Source: Chrysomallon squamiferum
Taxonomy: Eukaryota; Animalia; Mollusca
Length of the DNA stretch: 64,000 bases
Direction: 5' to 3'
NCBI GenBank assembly: GCA_012295275.1
Contig: CM022670.1
Location: 28,768,001 to 28,832,000 of the forward strand
Positions within the stretch are counted from its first letter, which is position 1; every line of letters begins with the position of its first letter. Both the position numbers and the translations under genes were made by a program. Positions 52,501-64,000 of this stretch are shown piece after piece. The notes under the pieces are model-generated. The model saw only the letters and a list, made by a program, of their open reading frames with translations. It was not told where the DNA came from and did no database searches.

Positions 52501-53228
52501 TGATAAATTTTAATTTATATCATATTTTGTTAACAGGTTTCCCCATTGTGAAGTTTGTTTGTGGGGTACAAGAAATGATAAAACCAGTTCGCTGGGCTAT
52601 GAAAGCTGGCAGTGGACTTTGTTTGATGAGGAAACAAATTCCATTGAAACTTGCCTGGGCAATTTCCATTCACAAAAGTCAGGTAAATTGTTAATATATT
52701 TAATTTAAACATCACTTTATTTTAAATAATGCTATCATCATTATTATTATAATCTATAGTTGTTTACATAAATTTCATATCAAAATTAAAACATCTATTG
52801 GTATTTATTATTACTGATTTTTATTTATTTTAATGCCATGTTTTGTTTGCAAGACACTGATTTCCATTATAAATTCTTGTTTATTAATAAATATGGATCA
52901 AACAAGCTTCACTTATGCCTATCATATGTTATTGTCATAAACACTGTATTATGAAGATTTTGTTTTGCTTTATTTGCAGGGCATGTCACTGGACTGTGTA
53001 GAGATTTCATTGTCACGAGTATTTGAGTCTGGACAGGCCTACGTAGCTCTGTCTCGAGCAAAAAGTCTTGAAGGTCTGCGAGTCATCGACTTTGACAAAA
53101 ACTGTGTGCGAGCAAACCCAGAGGTGCTCAGATTTTACCATAAGCTCAATCTAAATCAGAGAATGTTACAGTCTCACATGGGAGACTTCCAGCTTCCTGT
53201 TGCACCTTCCCACTCTAAACATTGGTGA
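45519..53228 (+). CDS. PIF1: ATP-dependent DNA helicase PIF1, 10 coding exons, 638 aa
   Basis: Exons 45519-46239, 46613-46702, 48509-48662, 48966-49080, 49494-49600, 50048-50187, 50745-50851, 52229-52316, 52537-52682, 52980-53228 (1917 nt). N-terminal PINT-like domain, [71 protein letters not shown] and GQAYVALSR. Confidence 0.96.
46889..48344 (+). mobile_element. Tc1 (DD34E) transposon, full-length but decayed, in the PIF1 intron after coding exon 2
   Basis: TIRs TACTCTCCCAAAAAAGAAATGCAAAA and TTTTGCGTTTCTTTTTTATTAGAGTA in TA context. The transposase remnant starts [10 protein letters not shown] at 47192 and retains [14 protein letters not shown] and [15 protein letters not shown] (34 residues between D and E), with frameshifts. 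Confidence 0.93.
51333..52029 (+). mobile_element. Tigger/pogo-family internally deleted element (~700 bp) in a PIF1 intron
   Basis: TA-flanked TIRs AAGTGGTACCTCAACTTACGA and TCATAAGTCAAGGTACCACTG. It retains a CENP-B-type HTH fragment, [25 protein letters not shown]. Confidence 0.88.
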
Positions 53229-54091
53229 TAATACTAACAAACATAATGGAAGGAATTTTTTTTGGTCCAGTGATAACACTGTCAAATGAAATATAATGAG
53301 TCTCAGCATCAGTTTTTTTCTGTTTGACATTTGGCCTATTATATTCTCCAGCAGGGATCCCACAAGTTTTTTAATTTCCCATATAAGTAGTGCCTTGTGT
53401 TTAATATCAAATACTGTAGTGTTGTTGTTTTTTCTGTCTTTTAGAAAGCATACATCTACAAAAGTCTATTGCTGATAATAGATAAAAGTAACCAATATGT
53501 TTAATGCCTTAAATTCCTAGTAGATCATATTTAGACAAAAACAGAAATTTTTGAATCCATGACCATTAAGCTGTTAAACCATACCTCGGAAATAAACTGA
53601 CAGCACTGTTTAAACCAGTATTACATGTCTGATGCTGTATAATTTTAAATTATTATTATTTTTAAAAGAATTTTCTTGTCAGCAATGCACAACACAAGTT
53701 TAATTATTTTAAACATTGTTTTAATTTTTTCAATTTTTGAATATCTTTGTTTTATATGTAAACAGGTGTTGATTTATACATGATGTAGTTTTCATTCAAG
53801 TTTGTAATATAATTTTAATTTTGTATCTGATACCTGTTAATTTATACATGGTATTGTTTTCAAAGGACTTGTGATGAATTTAGTAAATAAGTTGTTTTTT
53901 ATGATTTAAAAAAAAGCTGTGATCAGGACATACAATCATTTGTGGCAGAATTGTTATAGTCAGGATTTCTCAGTAATGACACAAACTGCAATAAAAACTG
54001 TGCAATCTATTTAATAAACAAAAAAAAGCTTTTATAAATTAGTCTTATTAAGAGAGAGAGAGCATCTGTGTAAGTGTATGTGCGTGCACAG

Positions 54092-54820
54092 TAGGGTTTG
54101 CAAATTACCGATAACATCAATACCGGTTTTCACTGATTTTAGTTGGTTTGTGCATAGGAAAAGGTACTTACGGGGCTTTTGTGGACACTGTTTTCACTTA
54201 TACATACTCATTTTATTTATTATTTGATACTCATGTGATAACATTATTCATTATCTCTTTTCCTAACTGTCTTCAGAAAAATCGTGAAATGAACCTTTAT
54301 AGAACTTAAAATAGATACAAAAGGTATATAAGAAATGTACATGCAATAAAAAACCAAGAAGAAATGTGAATGCGAATTTTATAAAAAGGAAACAAAGAAA
54401 TTACATTTATTATCCAAAATGTACATCACATGTTTTGAAACTTTTGAGAAGTTCTGATTCATTTCTCGATACTCGAGAAGTATGACTTTAAAAAACACAA
54501 AACATCTAGTGTCTTGGGCAACAACCAAGAAGCAGGAGCCAATCCCTTATCACTAGTCGCAAAATGATTTAGGATGGCACACATGTCAGCAATCAAACAG
54601 GTAAACGTGGAACTTTAAACAGACGAGCATCGAACTCGCATCTGAAGGCACGCTAGCAACACCTGAGTAATTAACATAATTTTATGTTAACAACTAACAT
54701 ATCTTTCAACATAACTCGTTAAAATTTAGAAAACTGGTATTGGTGCTTTGGTAACGGTATTACATATCAATTACTAAAAGCGGTATTTACCGGTATTTAA
54801 ATACCAGTTTTCGAACCTTA
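54092..54820. mobile_element. Non-autonomous hAT element (729 bp)
   Basis: Exact 8-bp TSD GTGCACAG at 54084-54091 and 54821-54828, termini TAGGGTTTGCAAA and TTTTCGAACCTTA, and subterminal ACCG/CGGT repeats. Confidence 0.9.
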
Positions 54821-55860
54821 GTGCACAGTCATACATGTCCGTATATTTGTACAAATTTGAATTAATTTTATAATTGATGATAAAGATGAAGCTATGATAA
54901 ATTTAATAATAATAATAATAATAATAAATAATAAATAACAGTTTGGTTTTTTTTGGCCCTTTTTCTATTCTTTTATTATAATAATTGTTATTATTTTCTG
55001 TAATTAAAGTATGAAAATATGTTAACATGCCGTTGACACTAAATTTCACAGACAAGCGAAGGGGCAAGTTCCAGTCAAAAAACCCACAAAAGTCTAGGAA
55101 ATCGGACACTTTATGAGTTGCCAATCTGTAAAAAAAATTATTTTCCCCTGTTTTGGTCCAGATTTCCAGAAATCCTGAAAACAGACACATGGAATCAACG
55201 ATCATCACAGGATTCATTTACTATTAAATTATCAAATAACATTTAAACAAAACATTACGAAGAAAACATGCACGTACGCATGAGCACGCACACACAAATA
55301 CTTGTTTTGTTCTGTACCTAAAGTGAACAGTCCCCCGATTGTTCATTTTCAAGTATGAGTTCCCGTATTAGCCACACTGAGGTGGGGGTGTCATCACTCA
55401 CCAGGTGACTCCTTGTCGCCGCATTTTAGGTACTAAAAAATACTTATTTTATTTAAATTAATTATGAAATAGTTTCATTCAAGATTTTTCGGTGAGAAAT
55501 GATACCTATCATAATTTTGTTCAAAGTAAATGACACAGAGAAATCATTTGAAAAACTTTTAAATCTTTTATTATTACATTTATTTATTTAACTACTTAAT
55601 ATATTTACTTATTTAATTACTTAGTTTCTTATGTATTTATTTATTTATTAACATGTTGACTTTTTAATTTGTGTTTATTTATTTAGTATATTTTAGGTAT
55701 TTGCTTTTACAAGCAGATTGCTAAAATGTTCCTGTTTCCATCTGAAATGAGCTTTATTATGCAGTTACTATCTTTTGGCATCAGTAATGTATTTTTTGTT
55801 TACATTTACCATATTTGGGAAGTATTTCAAATTTCAATCCTTAAACCACCATATATTTTC

Positions 55861-55912
<52 letters not shown>

Positions 55913-56503
55913 TTTACTGATTTAGTTTTATTTCAGTCTAAGTAGATTATTTTCACTCATATGTACACTGCAAAACATGCTGCAACACACCCATGCAAAC
56001 AGTTCCAGTGAACAATTCTGGCTGCTGTGAAATCTGCGAACAATAACTCCAGTGAATAATTTATCGCACGTCTGTTCGTTGAAACAAATAGTTTTTAGTT
56101 TCAATAAAAGTTTAAATTTCTAAGGTAAAAAACATACTCACTTTTATTATAGAGAAAAAGCATACGTTTGAAAACTATAGCAAAATTAAAATTTCAAATG
56201 TATAATGCAATTTATTTTAGAAATATGGTGTTTGTTATGTATCATTCTGCATTGGGCATATTGTTTGCTAGCTCAGGAGTGCTATTGTGAAGCCAGCGAA
56301 CATTTCCAGCCAACCTTTAGAACTGTTACGTCAAAGACTTATTGGTTGGTTAATGGAACATGTCTTTAGCAATAACTGTATGATCAAGTATTTGCTGTTG
56401 ATTTTTCTTTTCAATTCCAGCATAAATGTGCAATAACCAGTAGGCATATCTACTCTGAATACCCCCCCCAAAAAAAAAAATTGTCATGCCAGAAATAAAA
56501 AAG

Positions 56504-56534
<31 letters not shown>

Positions 56535-56879
56535 TAAGAAAATAAATAAGAAATAAAAAATTGTAAAAGTAAGTTGTTTTTTTTTAAAACTTTATTTACT
56601 GTCATCATTTCACTTTGCTTTAGTTTAATTTTTATTTCTTTTGAAAAATCCAAGCTTATCAATTATTTATTTACAATTATTATTATTATGATTATTATTA
56701 TTATTATTCCATTTTTTGTTCAAATTATTTTGAAAATTTATTAAGTTAATTTCAATAACAAGAACTAAATTTTTAAGCCATTTTTAGTTAATAAAGAATT
56801 TTGATAATTAATTTCTGGTAGTTATTTTATAAACAATAAAATCTTATAATGATTTTATTTTTAATGTAAATTTTTATTT

Positions 56880-56916
<37 letters not shown>

Positions 56917-57998
56917 ATGAGTGATAAATGAAAGAAATCTGATTTTTGCACCTAGTACACATCTTAGATGATTAATATGTATGTATGTATGTATATATGT
57001 ATATCTATATATATGTCACCTGCCATGATGTTGAGCATCACAATGCAGATAGTCATTTCTACATCCAAGAATTTTACTTTCAGTGAAGGTAAAAATGTCA
57101 CAAGACTTTCTGGAAGTCTGTGAAAGTTCATTGCATTTCCATTAGAATTTGTGCAAGAAAGACTCAATAGTTAAAAATAAATAAATAAATAAAAAATAAA
57201 TAAAATAATTTGTAATTTAAAGTTTTTGTTATTGTTGCTGAGTGTTTTTTTAACTGACCTTTGCAAGAACAAGGGACAAACGTTTGTTTCAGAATGTTTT
57301 TTAAATAAATTTTGCTGCTTCCTGAAGCATCAGTTACATCTCAGATCATCAGCAGAAAAATTCAAATATGGCATACAAATTAAATGGAAGTGTTACATTT
57401 GTGATGTGTTGAGAATATAACAAATTATGTAATATTTGTATCATGTTATTTTTTTAATTTACAATTATGTAGGCTTTGCTACACATTTTGTCACCCATAT
57501 CAAGACACTCTGTAATAAAAGTAAATAAATACTGTTTGTATTACTTTTTTCTAATACCTTGAATCTCATCGGCCATTTGTGCAAATCATAGTTATGTCAA
57601 CCTAGATTTAACTTAATTACACTTTTTTTTATTCATTATTATTTTTAAAAGAACGAAAGAAAATAAAATAATAATAATAAAATAAAATGTCTTATTCAAC
57701 GTATTCAATAATTTATTTAATTACAGCATCTATCAGATTTGATCAAGTTCCCTCTTAAGATTTTGTCTAAATTACAAATATTAATGTGATAATTAATGTC
57801 TGGCCTCCAGTTGTGTTCTTAAATAATATTAACAATTTGTAATAAAAGTAAATAAATACCAGTTCTGAAATAAAAATAAGTAAAAAAAACAAACAAAAAA
57901 ACATTAAAATAATAAAAAAAAAAAAATTAAAAAAAAGGAGAAAAATGATTCATTCTATAATAAATTTTGATTTCCATTTACTGATATGTAGTAATATA

Positions 57999-58290
57999 TT
58001 GAGGTATGCAAACAGATATGGTACTTGATATACTGGAGTGGAGTTTAGATCATCTGGTGAACTTGGTTTCCATGATCGAACCTCCTCAGGGACCTGATTA
58101 CACAAGAAAGTAAAGATCTGTTATATACAAACCCCTCAAAATTGTGCACCCAATCATTTAGAATTTATGTCATGTCACCAAACTGTAATCAGGTCCATCA
58201 ATGAAGTTTCATTGTGTGAACCAAACAGAACACGCAAGGTAACTCCTACACCACTATATCAAAATTGGTCATGCATAATGCACACCTTGA
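57999..58290. mobile_element. Palindromic MITE (~290 bp, Tc1/mariner-like, TA-flanked)
   Basis: Arms of ~100 bp are imperfect inverted repeats around an ~80-bp spacer. Examples: TGAGGTATGCA with TGCACACCTTG, TTGATATACTGGAGTGGAGTT with AACTCCTACACCACTATATCAA, and GGACCTGATTACA with TGTAATCAGGTCC. Confidence 0.75.
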
Positions 58291-59781
58291 TATATTAATT
58301 CAGAATGGTCTACTTTGATTTTTTTTAAAACCATTTATTTTCACATAATGTCACATGAATATACAGTTTAAATAGTTGAATTTACAGAATTTATATTTAA
58401 TATATGAAATATAAACTTATTTCTGTAAGTTAAAACTATATTTACATGGAAAATATTGCTTCATAAATATATGAGTAAAACAATTTCTGTCATGACAAAT
58501 TATTGGCTTAGTTTGTTGTTTTTAACTTTTATTGTACGCAATAGGGTATAAAATAATTTTCAAGTTCCATCTTACCTTTTGGTTAAACTGTCAGGATCTA
58601 AAAAATATTTCTTTTAAACAGTCCTTTGATGAATGTAAATACAATAACACAAGGGTATGAAAACAACATGTAGTTAAATTGGAAAGTAATGAAATCACTG
58701 TTTGTTTTGGTGATTACAATCAGGAGGATCATTTTTGTATCAGTGCATTCCACTTAGACTCTCAACATAGATTATGTAGATGATGTTAGAATTGAGTTCT
58801 GAAGAAGGCCTCCAATAAACTTTTCGAACACAGAAATTATCTGACAGTGTAAACCCCATTAAAAAAAAAAAAAAAAAAAAAAACAACAACAAAAAAATAA
58901 TAGAAATAAGAGTATCTGCAAAAACAAATAAGACTAAGAAACAAAATAAAATGTTAAAGAACTAAAATCAAATCAATCAATAAATAAATAAACCAAAATG
59001 GCTCATCATTTGAGGTTATTGTATTCAGAAAAAAACTTACCAATGTAAATTTAAACAGTTCCAAAATATAACTGATCATTTCTGGTCATTCTCATCCTAG
59101 CTTACTCAGTTTAACATAACATGTAATGCAATGCATTTTGAACAGAATTATGAAACAAAGCAGAGAATAATTTGGGTACTTGTAACCTACTTACAAACGT
59201 TTCATGTTATTAAACATACAAAATAATTAAAATAAACGTGGTTTTTTATTTGGTCTCACTATTTCATGTAGATCCTTCATCAATCTTAAAGAATTTCAGA
59301 TAAAATGCAAGGTATTTCAGATTGCTTTAGGAAATGGAAACATCATATATTAACAATTTAGTAGACAAAAATGAATAAAGTATAATGCAAGATGCTCTTA
59401 ATTTCAGATTATTTGAAATACATCTAATCATAAACTTCCAGAAAAATAATGAATCCAATCAGTGGGTACTTTAAATTTTGTTTAAATTGTGAAATTATGC
59501 CTTTGTTACTAATAATTAGCTAATGGCACACACCTGTTTGTTTCAACAAATTAAGTTTAGCTATCATGACGCTCAAGTGTTAAATAATGTTTTTCTTCAT
59601 TTTCTACCTTGAGAGGCTCATAAAAAAATAACTTCAGATTTGTAATACATCAGTGCAGACTATATGAGAAAATACATTTAAATAATAATAATAATTGCAG
59701 AAATGAAAGAATGTCACCATGAAATTCCCTGCTGGAATTTGATTCATATGGTAATAATTCCTTTTACTTTTGCAACTAACT

Positions 59782-61419
59782 TTATTTCATTTTAAATGAA
59801 AAAATTTGTTTTCTGTTAAGATAATGCAGTATTTCTTTAACAATTTCATGTCTGTATAAAGATAAGTTTGGATATTTACGAATACACTTATTAGTTAAAA
59901 TAGCTTTTGCTACAGCACAAACATACACTCCACAGCAACTGATATCAGTTTGAGAGGGAAAACATTGCATTTCAGAGTAATTAACAAAAGACTATAGGGT
60001 GATATTTAATGGTTTTCCATAAGTCATTGTGTGTTCCAACATTAAATACCTGAACATATGAAAAATGTCTTCATTATTTTCACTTCCAAATGAATCACAG
60101 TGGTACAATACTTTTTTAGATATGTCTATTACTGTTATTGTCCAATGAGTGTTTCTTTCATTCAAAGATCGAACATATTTATAATCAAACCATCTTTTAC
60201 GTTTACTTTCTGCAATGTGAAATGTCCATCTAGGTTGATCTGTATCACCATTAACTCAAATCTTCTGACCAAACCAAGCACAATATACCATGTGAATATT
60301 TTTATTTTTCAGTTGTTTTTGTAGTAGAGACATGAATACATTAATGTGGCTACTATTAAGGCAGCAATCATGTTGAAGAATATTGTTTTAGAAATCTGCA
60401 TTTACAGTTACACCATCAATTTCAGTGCTAACAAAATATTCCAGTGGTTGCTTCTTTATTGGATTATAATCAGTGAGGAGCTCTGTTTGTCTCTTAATCA
60501 ATTTTTTCTTACTAAAATGTAATGTCTCTAATGATAAACTGTTTATTATATTTTTGTCATAAAATAATAACAATGATCTGCATGTTTGTAAATCTGTTAC
60601 ATTTATGTCATTTACAGGTTTCATATCACCATTTTTTACTTCCATTTTTAGTAAACTGTCACCATCATAATAAACAAGAATCCATTCTCCATTTTTTTCT
60701 GCTACAAGTGAATTTAGCCTGTATGATGTTCCATCAACAATTGTGGCAGTCTTGACATCATGTAATGTTATTTGGTTCATTTCCTTGTGTGTAACACTGG
60801 TACAATCTGATACATTAACAATTAAAGTCTTTGGTTAGCTTGTTATAAACACAAGAAAACTGTTTTCATAACATTTACAATTACCTTCATTATGTTTATT
60901 TGCTGTCATGATATGTTTAGTGACATACTGATTAGAAAATGTATCAACTTGAACTATGAAAACAGAGTCAGAACATACATACTTTTCATTACATTCCTTA
61001 CATGAATGATAGTTCAAAGCTAGTGTTTCAAAGTTCTCTGCAATAGTCAGTGTACCACAAAAAATTGATCTTTTAACTACATAGTTTAAATACAAGTATA
61101 AAACTTCACATGGGTCTATAAAATTGAAATGTTTTTCACATTTTTCTATTTTGTGTCTAATTCCTTGTTGTATTTATCAGATAACAAACACTGAATTATC
61201 CTGGAACTAGAAAAAATATTGTTACTTTTCAAAGCTTATCTCATGCTTTTTCTTTTTCTCATTTGAAATTTTCTTTCCTCTACCTTCATGATTGACATTC
61301 TGTAACACAACAGAAGTAGATTTAATGGGGAAAAAAGAAAAGAAAAAGAAAGTGATATCTCTGACCATGAGTTACATTTATCACAGTCGATTTCAATAAA
61401 GTTGAACCTTTTTCTTTCT
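59782..61419 (-). pseudogene. Disrupted ORF with a C-terminal Ulp1/SENP (C48) protease domain preceded by a divergent USP-like region; probably transposon-borne
   Basis: Minus-strand translation gives DF*NNILQHDCCLNSSHINVFMSLL...NTHWTITVIDISKKVLYHCDSFG...ITL*SFVNYSEMQCFPSQTDISCCGVYVCAVA...YRHEI. His (60145-60147), Asp (60094-60096), Gln and Cys (59932-59934) are in Ulp1 order. There are several stops and frameshifts. Confidence 0.7.
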
Positions 61420-62543
61420 CTGCAAACAAAGCTGCTCAGAACATAACTAATGTTATAATGGATAACAAATTTTTTTTTTTCAGTATTTGTCAAGTCCCAT
61501 AATGGATAATTTGAGGAAAAAAATTAATCTGAATTTATTAAATAAATAAGACTTACCTTACTTCCATAAAATATAATCTTAGCTTGTAAATAAACAGTAT
61601 TTACTCCCAGATCAAGTTCCATCAGACTGAAAAACAAATTTATAATTTCGCATGAAATGTTTACTAGGAAATGAGAAAAGTTAAGAAAAACAGAAACTGT
61701 TCTGCTGCTGCACCCAGTAAAATGCACTAAAAACAATATAAATAAAAGAATGGCACTGAAGAACTAAATGTTTCTCATATTTGTCTGTGTCGGTCTAAAC
61801 TTATGTATACAGTGTAAAGTGTGAAGCTATATTGTCGAGAAGTATTTTCTTTTAGAACATAACAGATCTTTTAACAATACTCCATGGTATAAGTTTGTTA
61901 TTTGAAAAAAAAAAAAAAAAATGTTAGAACTTATAAACTTTGGTTAGTATGAACTAAAACAATGGTTCAATAAATAATCATTTCAAGCAAACAACAACAA
62001 CAAAACAAAAAACAGTGCAACTTAAACCTGTACTTTTCATAAAGTGTACATGAATCATGTATAATCAACATGAGATGAAAACAGTCTTTAGAATAATAAA
62101 AAAAGTAGTCATATCAAGACTAACATATTTCTGAAGTGTAAACTTTAATATTTATACTTTATTATTGATTTTGATTTGCAAGGAGAAAAAAAAAAAAGGA
62201 AAAATAAATTATTTTTTAAAAACCCCAAATAAAGCATAGTAATTATATGCAGAGAATTGGCTCACACGTCTTTCTCACTTGCCTGATATTCTCTCTTCTC
62301 TCTTGAACTGTCTTTCTCCACAGTCACACAGATAACATTTCACACCCCTGACCAATACTGGCAGACCATTACTGTCCTGGGTTCCTTAAGAAAGCACCAG
62401 TGACAGTGTTTGCCCTATATCAATGTCCCATGTGTCTTGGAGGAATTTCCCAAGTTCTTTACCTGTAAACAAGGAGAAATAAACCTCAGACACGTTAATG
62501 GTGTTTATATATCTTTAGATTATGATTTTAGTTCAGTCCCTCA

Positions 62544-62547
<4 letters not shown>

Positions 62548-62580
<33 letters not shown>

Positions 62581-62628
62581 TTTTTGTTTCTTCTTAAACC
62601 TGGCAAAAAAAAAAAAAAAAAAAAAAAA
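62548..62628. repeat. (CA)n and poly-A tracts
   Basis: Direct inspection. Confidence 0.9.
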
Positions 62629-64000
62629 ATTTTTTCTTTATTTGTTTGGCGTAATGCAGTTTTAAACAGTGAGATATTGACATATATTTTATTTACTACA
62701 TTAAAGATTACATTAATTATAGGATTAATTATCAGTATAATTAGACCATGAGAGATAATAAAATATTAATCTCACCAATTCCTGTAATATGACCTTTTCT
62801 TTTAAAATCTCTAAATAATAATTACTCACATAGTATCTCTGTAGTTCTAGATATTACGTGGGACTTGTAATTATCACATTAAAAGTAACAGAAAACCACA
62901 TACATCTGTAGCCTGTCTCTCTAAAACATATTTCTAATATATATATATGAGAAATACTGAGGGTACTTTCAGATATATGTTATTTTTTAATTTCTGTGTA
63001 TATTTAATTTGGATGAGCGTTATTTTCTGAAGATAATTAGAGACTGTTCGACAGAATTTACGTTTTTATTTACTACCAGCTGTGCAGCTTATACGAATAA
63101 ATTATGTTCCATCTTAGTAGTACCACTGTTTACAATGATATTTTATTAAGTTTATCTCTGTTTTGCTTCATAACAAATATTGATAATATATATATAAAAT
63201 ATTGATAATATATATATAAAATATTGATAATATACATACACAGGTGAAGCCACTCTATTGTGACAATATTTTTCTGTTAAACTGAGTTACAATTTCATCT
63301 CAATACAAAAAAAAAAAAAAAAAAATAATAATAATAATAATACTTAACACGTGAGAAGTTACATTTTACTTGAATCACAAAATTTGATTTTGCATAGCTA
63401 ACGACGTTAAAGTTACAATTTATAGGGATAAACGAAGTTTTCAGTTTGAAAAAAGACGACGTAATTCACATTTTATATATAAAACCAGCGCCGTTTATAT
63501 TATAAATTGATAATGAGTGAAAAATAACGTGATGTTTTATTATTTTTTCCCCGTTTTTGCATGATAAAAAATACTGATAATTTCACTGGCAGTTACATTT
63601 TATTTTACTAGGAGAAATTTTATATAGTTAATATTATACGTTGCAAGTTACATCATAGAAAACATGCCTGTCCTCCTGAACTGGTGTTTTATGAGATATG
63701 AAAATATTTTCAGTTAGCTACACGAAATATATTTCATCCTATTAAAGCACTTCCTATGAAGTAAATATTTTTTGTTTTTTTTTCTCTAATTATCAATACA
63801 ATCTTACCTGAAGCTTTTAAAATATCAGATTAAACTGGCGCCTTCTTATCTGCATATATAATGATATGTCTGATATAATATTATCCAACATCCACTATTT
63901 AAATTGTGCGGTCAAAATTAAAATTAAATTAATTAATTTATTTATTTAATAAACATAATCAGTGTAAATAGAGGTATTCTTTATAAACATATCATGTATT

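Noticed and set aside
45519-53228. PIF1 as a Helitron-borne helicase
   Set aside because: It has the host-type N-terminal domain, nine introns within the CDS and no Rep/HUH domain, so it is the cellular gene.
55314-55433. 12-bp inverted repeat GTACCTAAAGTG / CATTTTAGGTAC around a GC-richer core
   Set aside because: Too short and no TSD; it may be a repeat fragment but cannot be classified.
55964-56390. TACACTGCAAAA resembling a CACTA/EnSpm terminus
   Set aside because: No matching opposite TIR was found in the window.
56964-57167. ORF with CTN...FHRLP resembling the start of a THAP domain
   Set aside because: The remaining THAP residues (W, C, H, F) are absent, so the match is too weak.

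Overview
AT-rich, intron-containing animal genomic DNA (probably a lophotrochozoan such as a mollusc; this is inferred, not demonstrated). Five intact spliced housekeeping genes can be rebuilt by hand with consistent reading frames: BTF3/NAC-beta (-, 814-3082), NASP histone chaperone (+, 5274-15866), AGBL5/CCP5 tubulin deglutamylase (-, 20573-38025), TTC33 (-, 42607-44204) and PIF1 helicase (+, 45519-53228). They form two head-to-head pairs, BTF3/NASP and TTC33/PIF1. Introns and the gene-poor last 10 kb hold several DNA-transposon relics: a Tc1 DD34E element, a Tigger-like element, a hAT MITE, an element with 9-10 bp direct repeats and a palindromic MITE. There is also a decayed, spliced gene that appears to fuse a USP-like domain to a Ulp1/SENP protease. 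The most interesting signals are post-transcriptional: (1) a U12-type intron in NASP; (2) an alternative-donor short/long NASP switch whose long form is one base out of frame; (3) an RBFOX-motif-flanked, frame-switching exon and a 21-nt microexon in AGBL5; (4) an AGBL5 exon sandwiched between two arrays of decoy splice sites; (5) an in-frame, junction-created UGA upstream of PIF1. All coordinates were read by eye and no searches were run.
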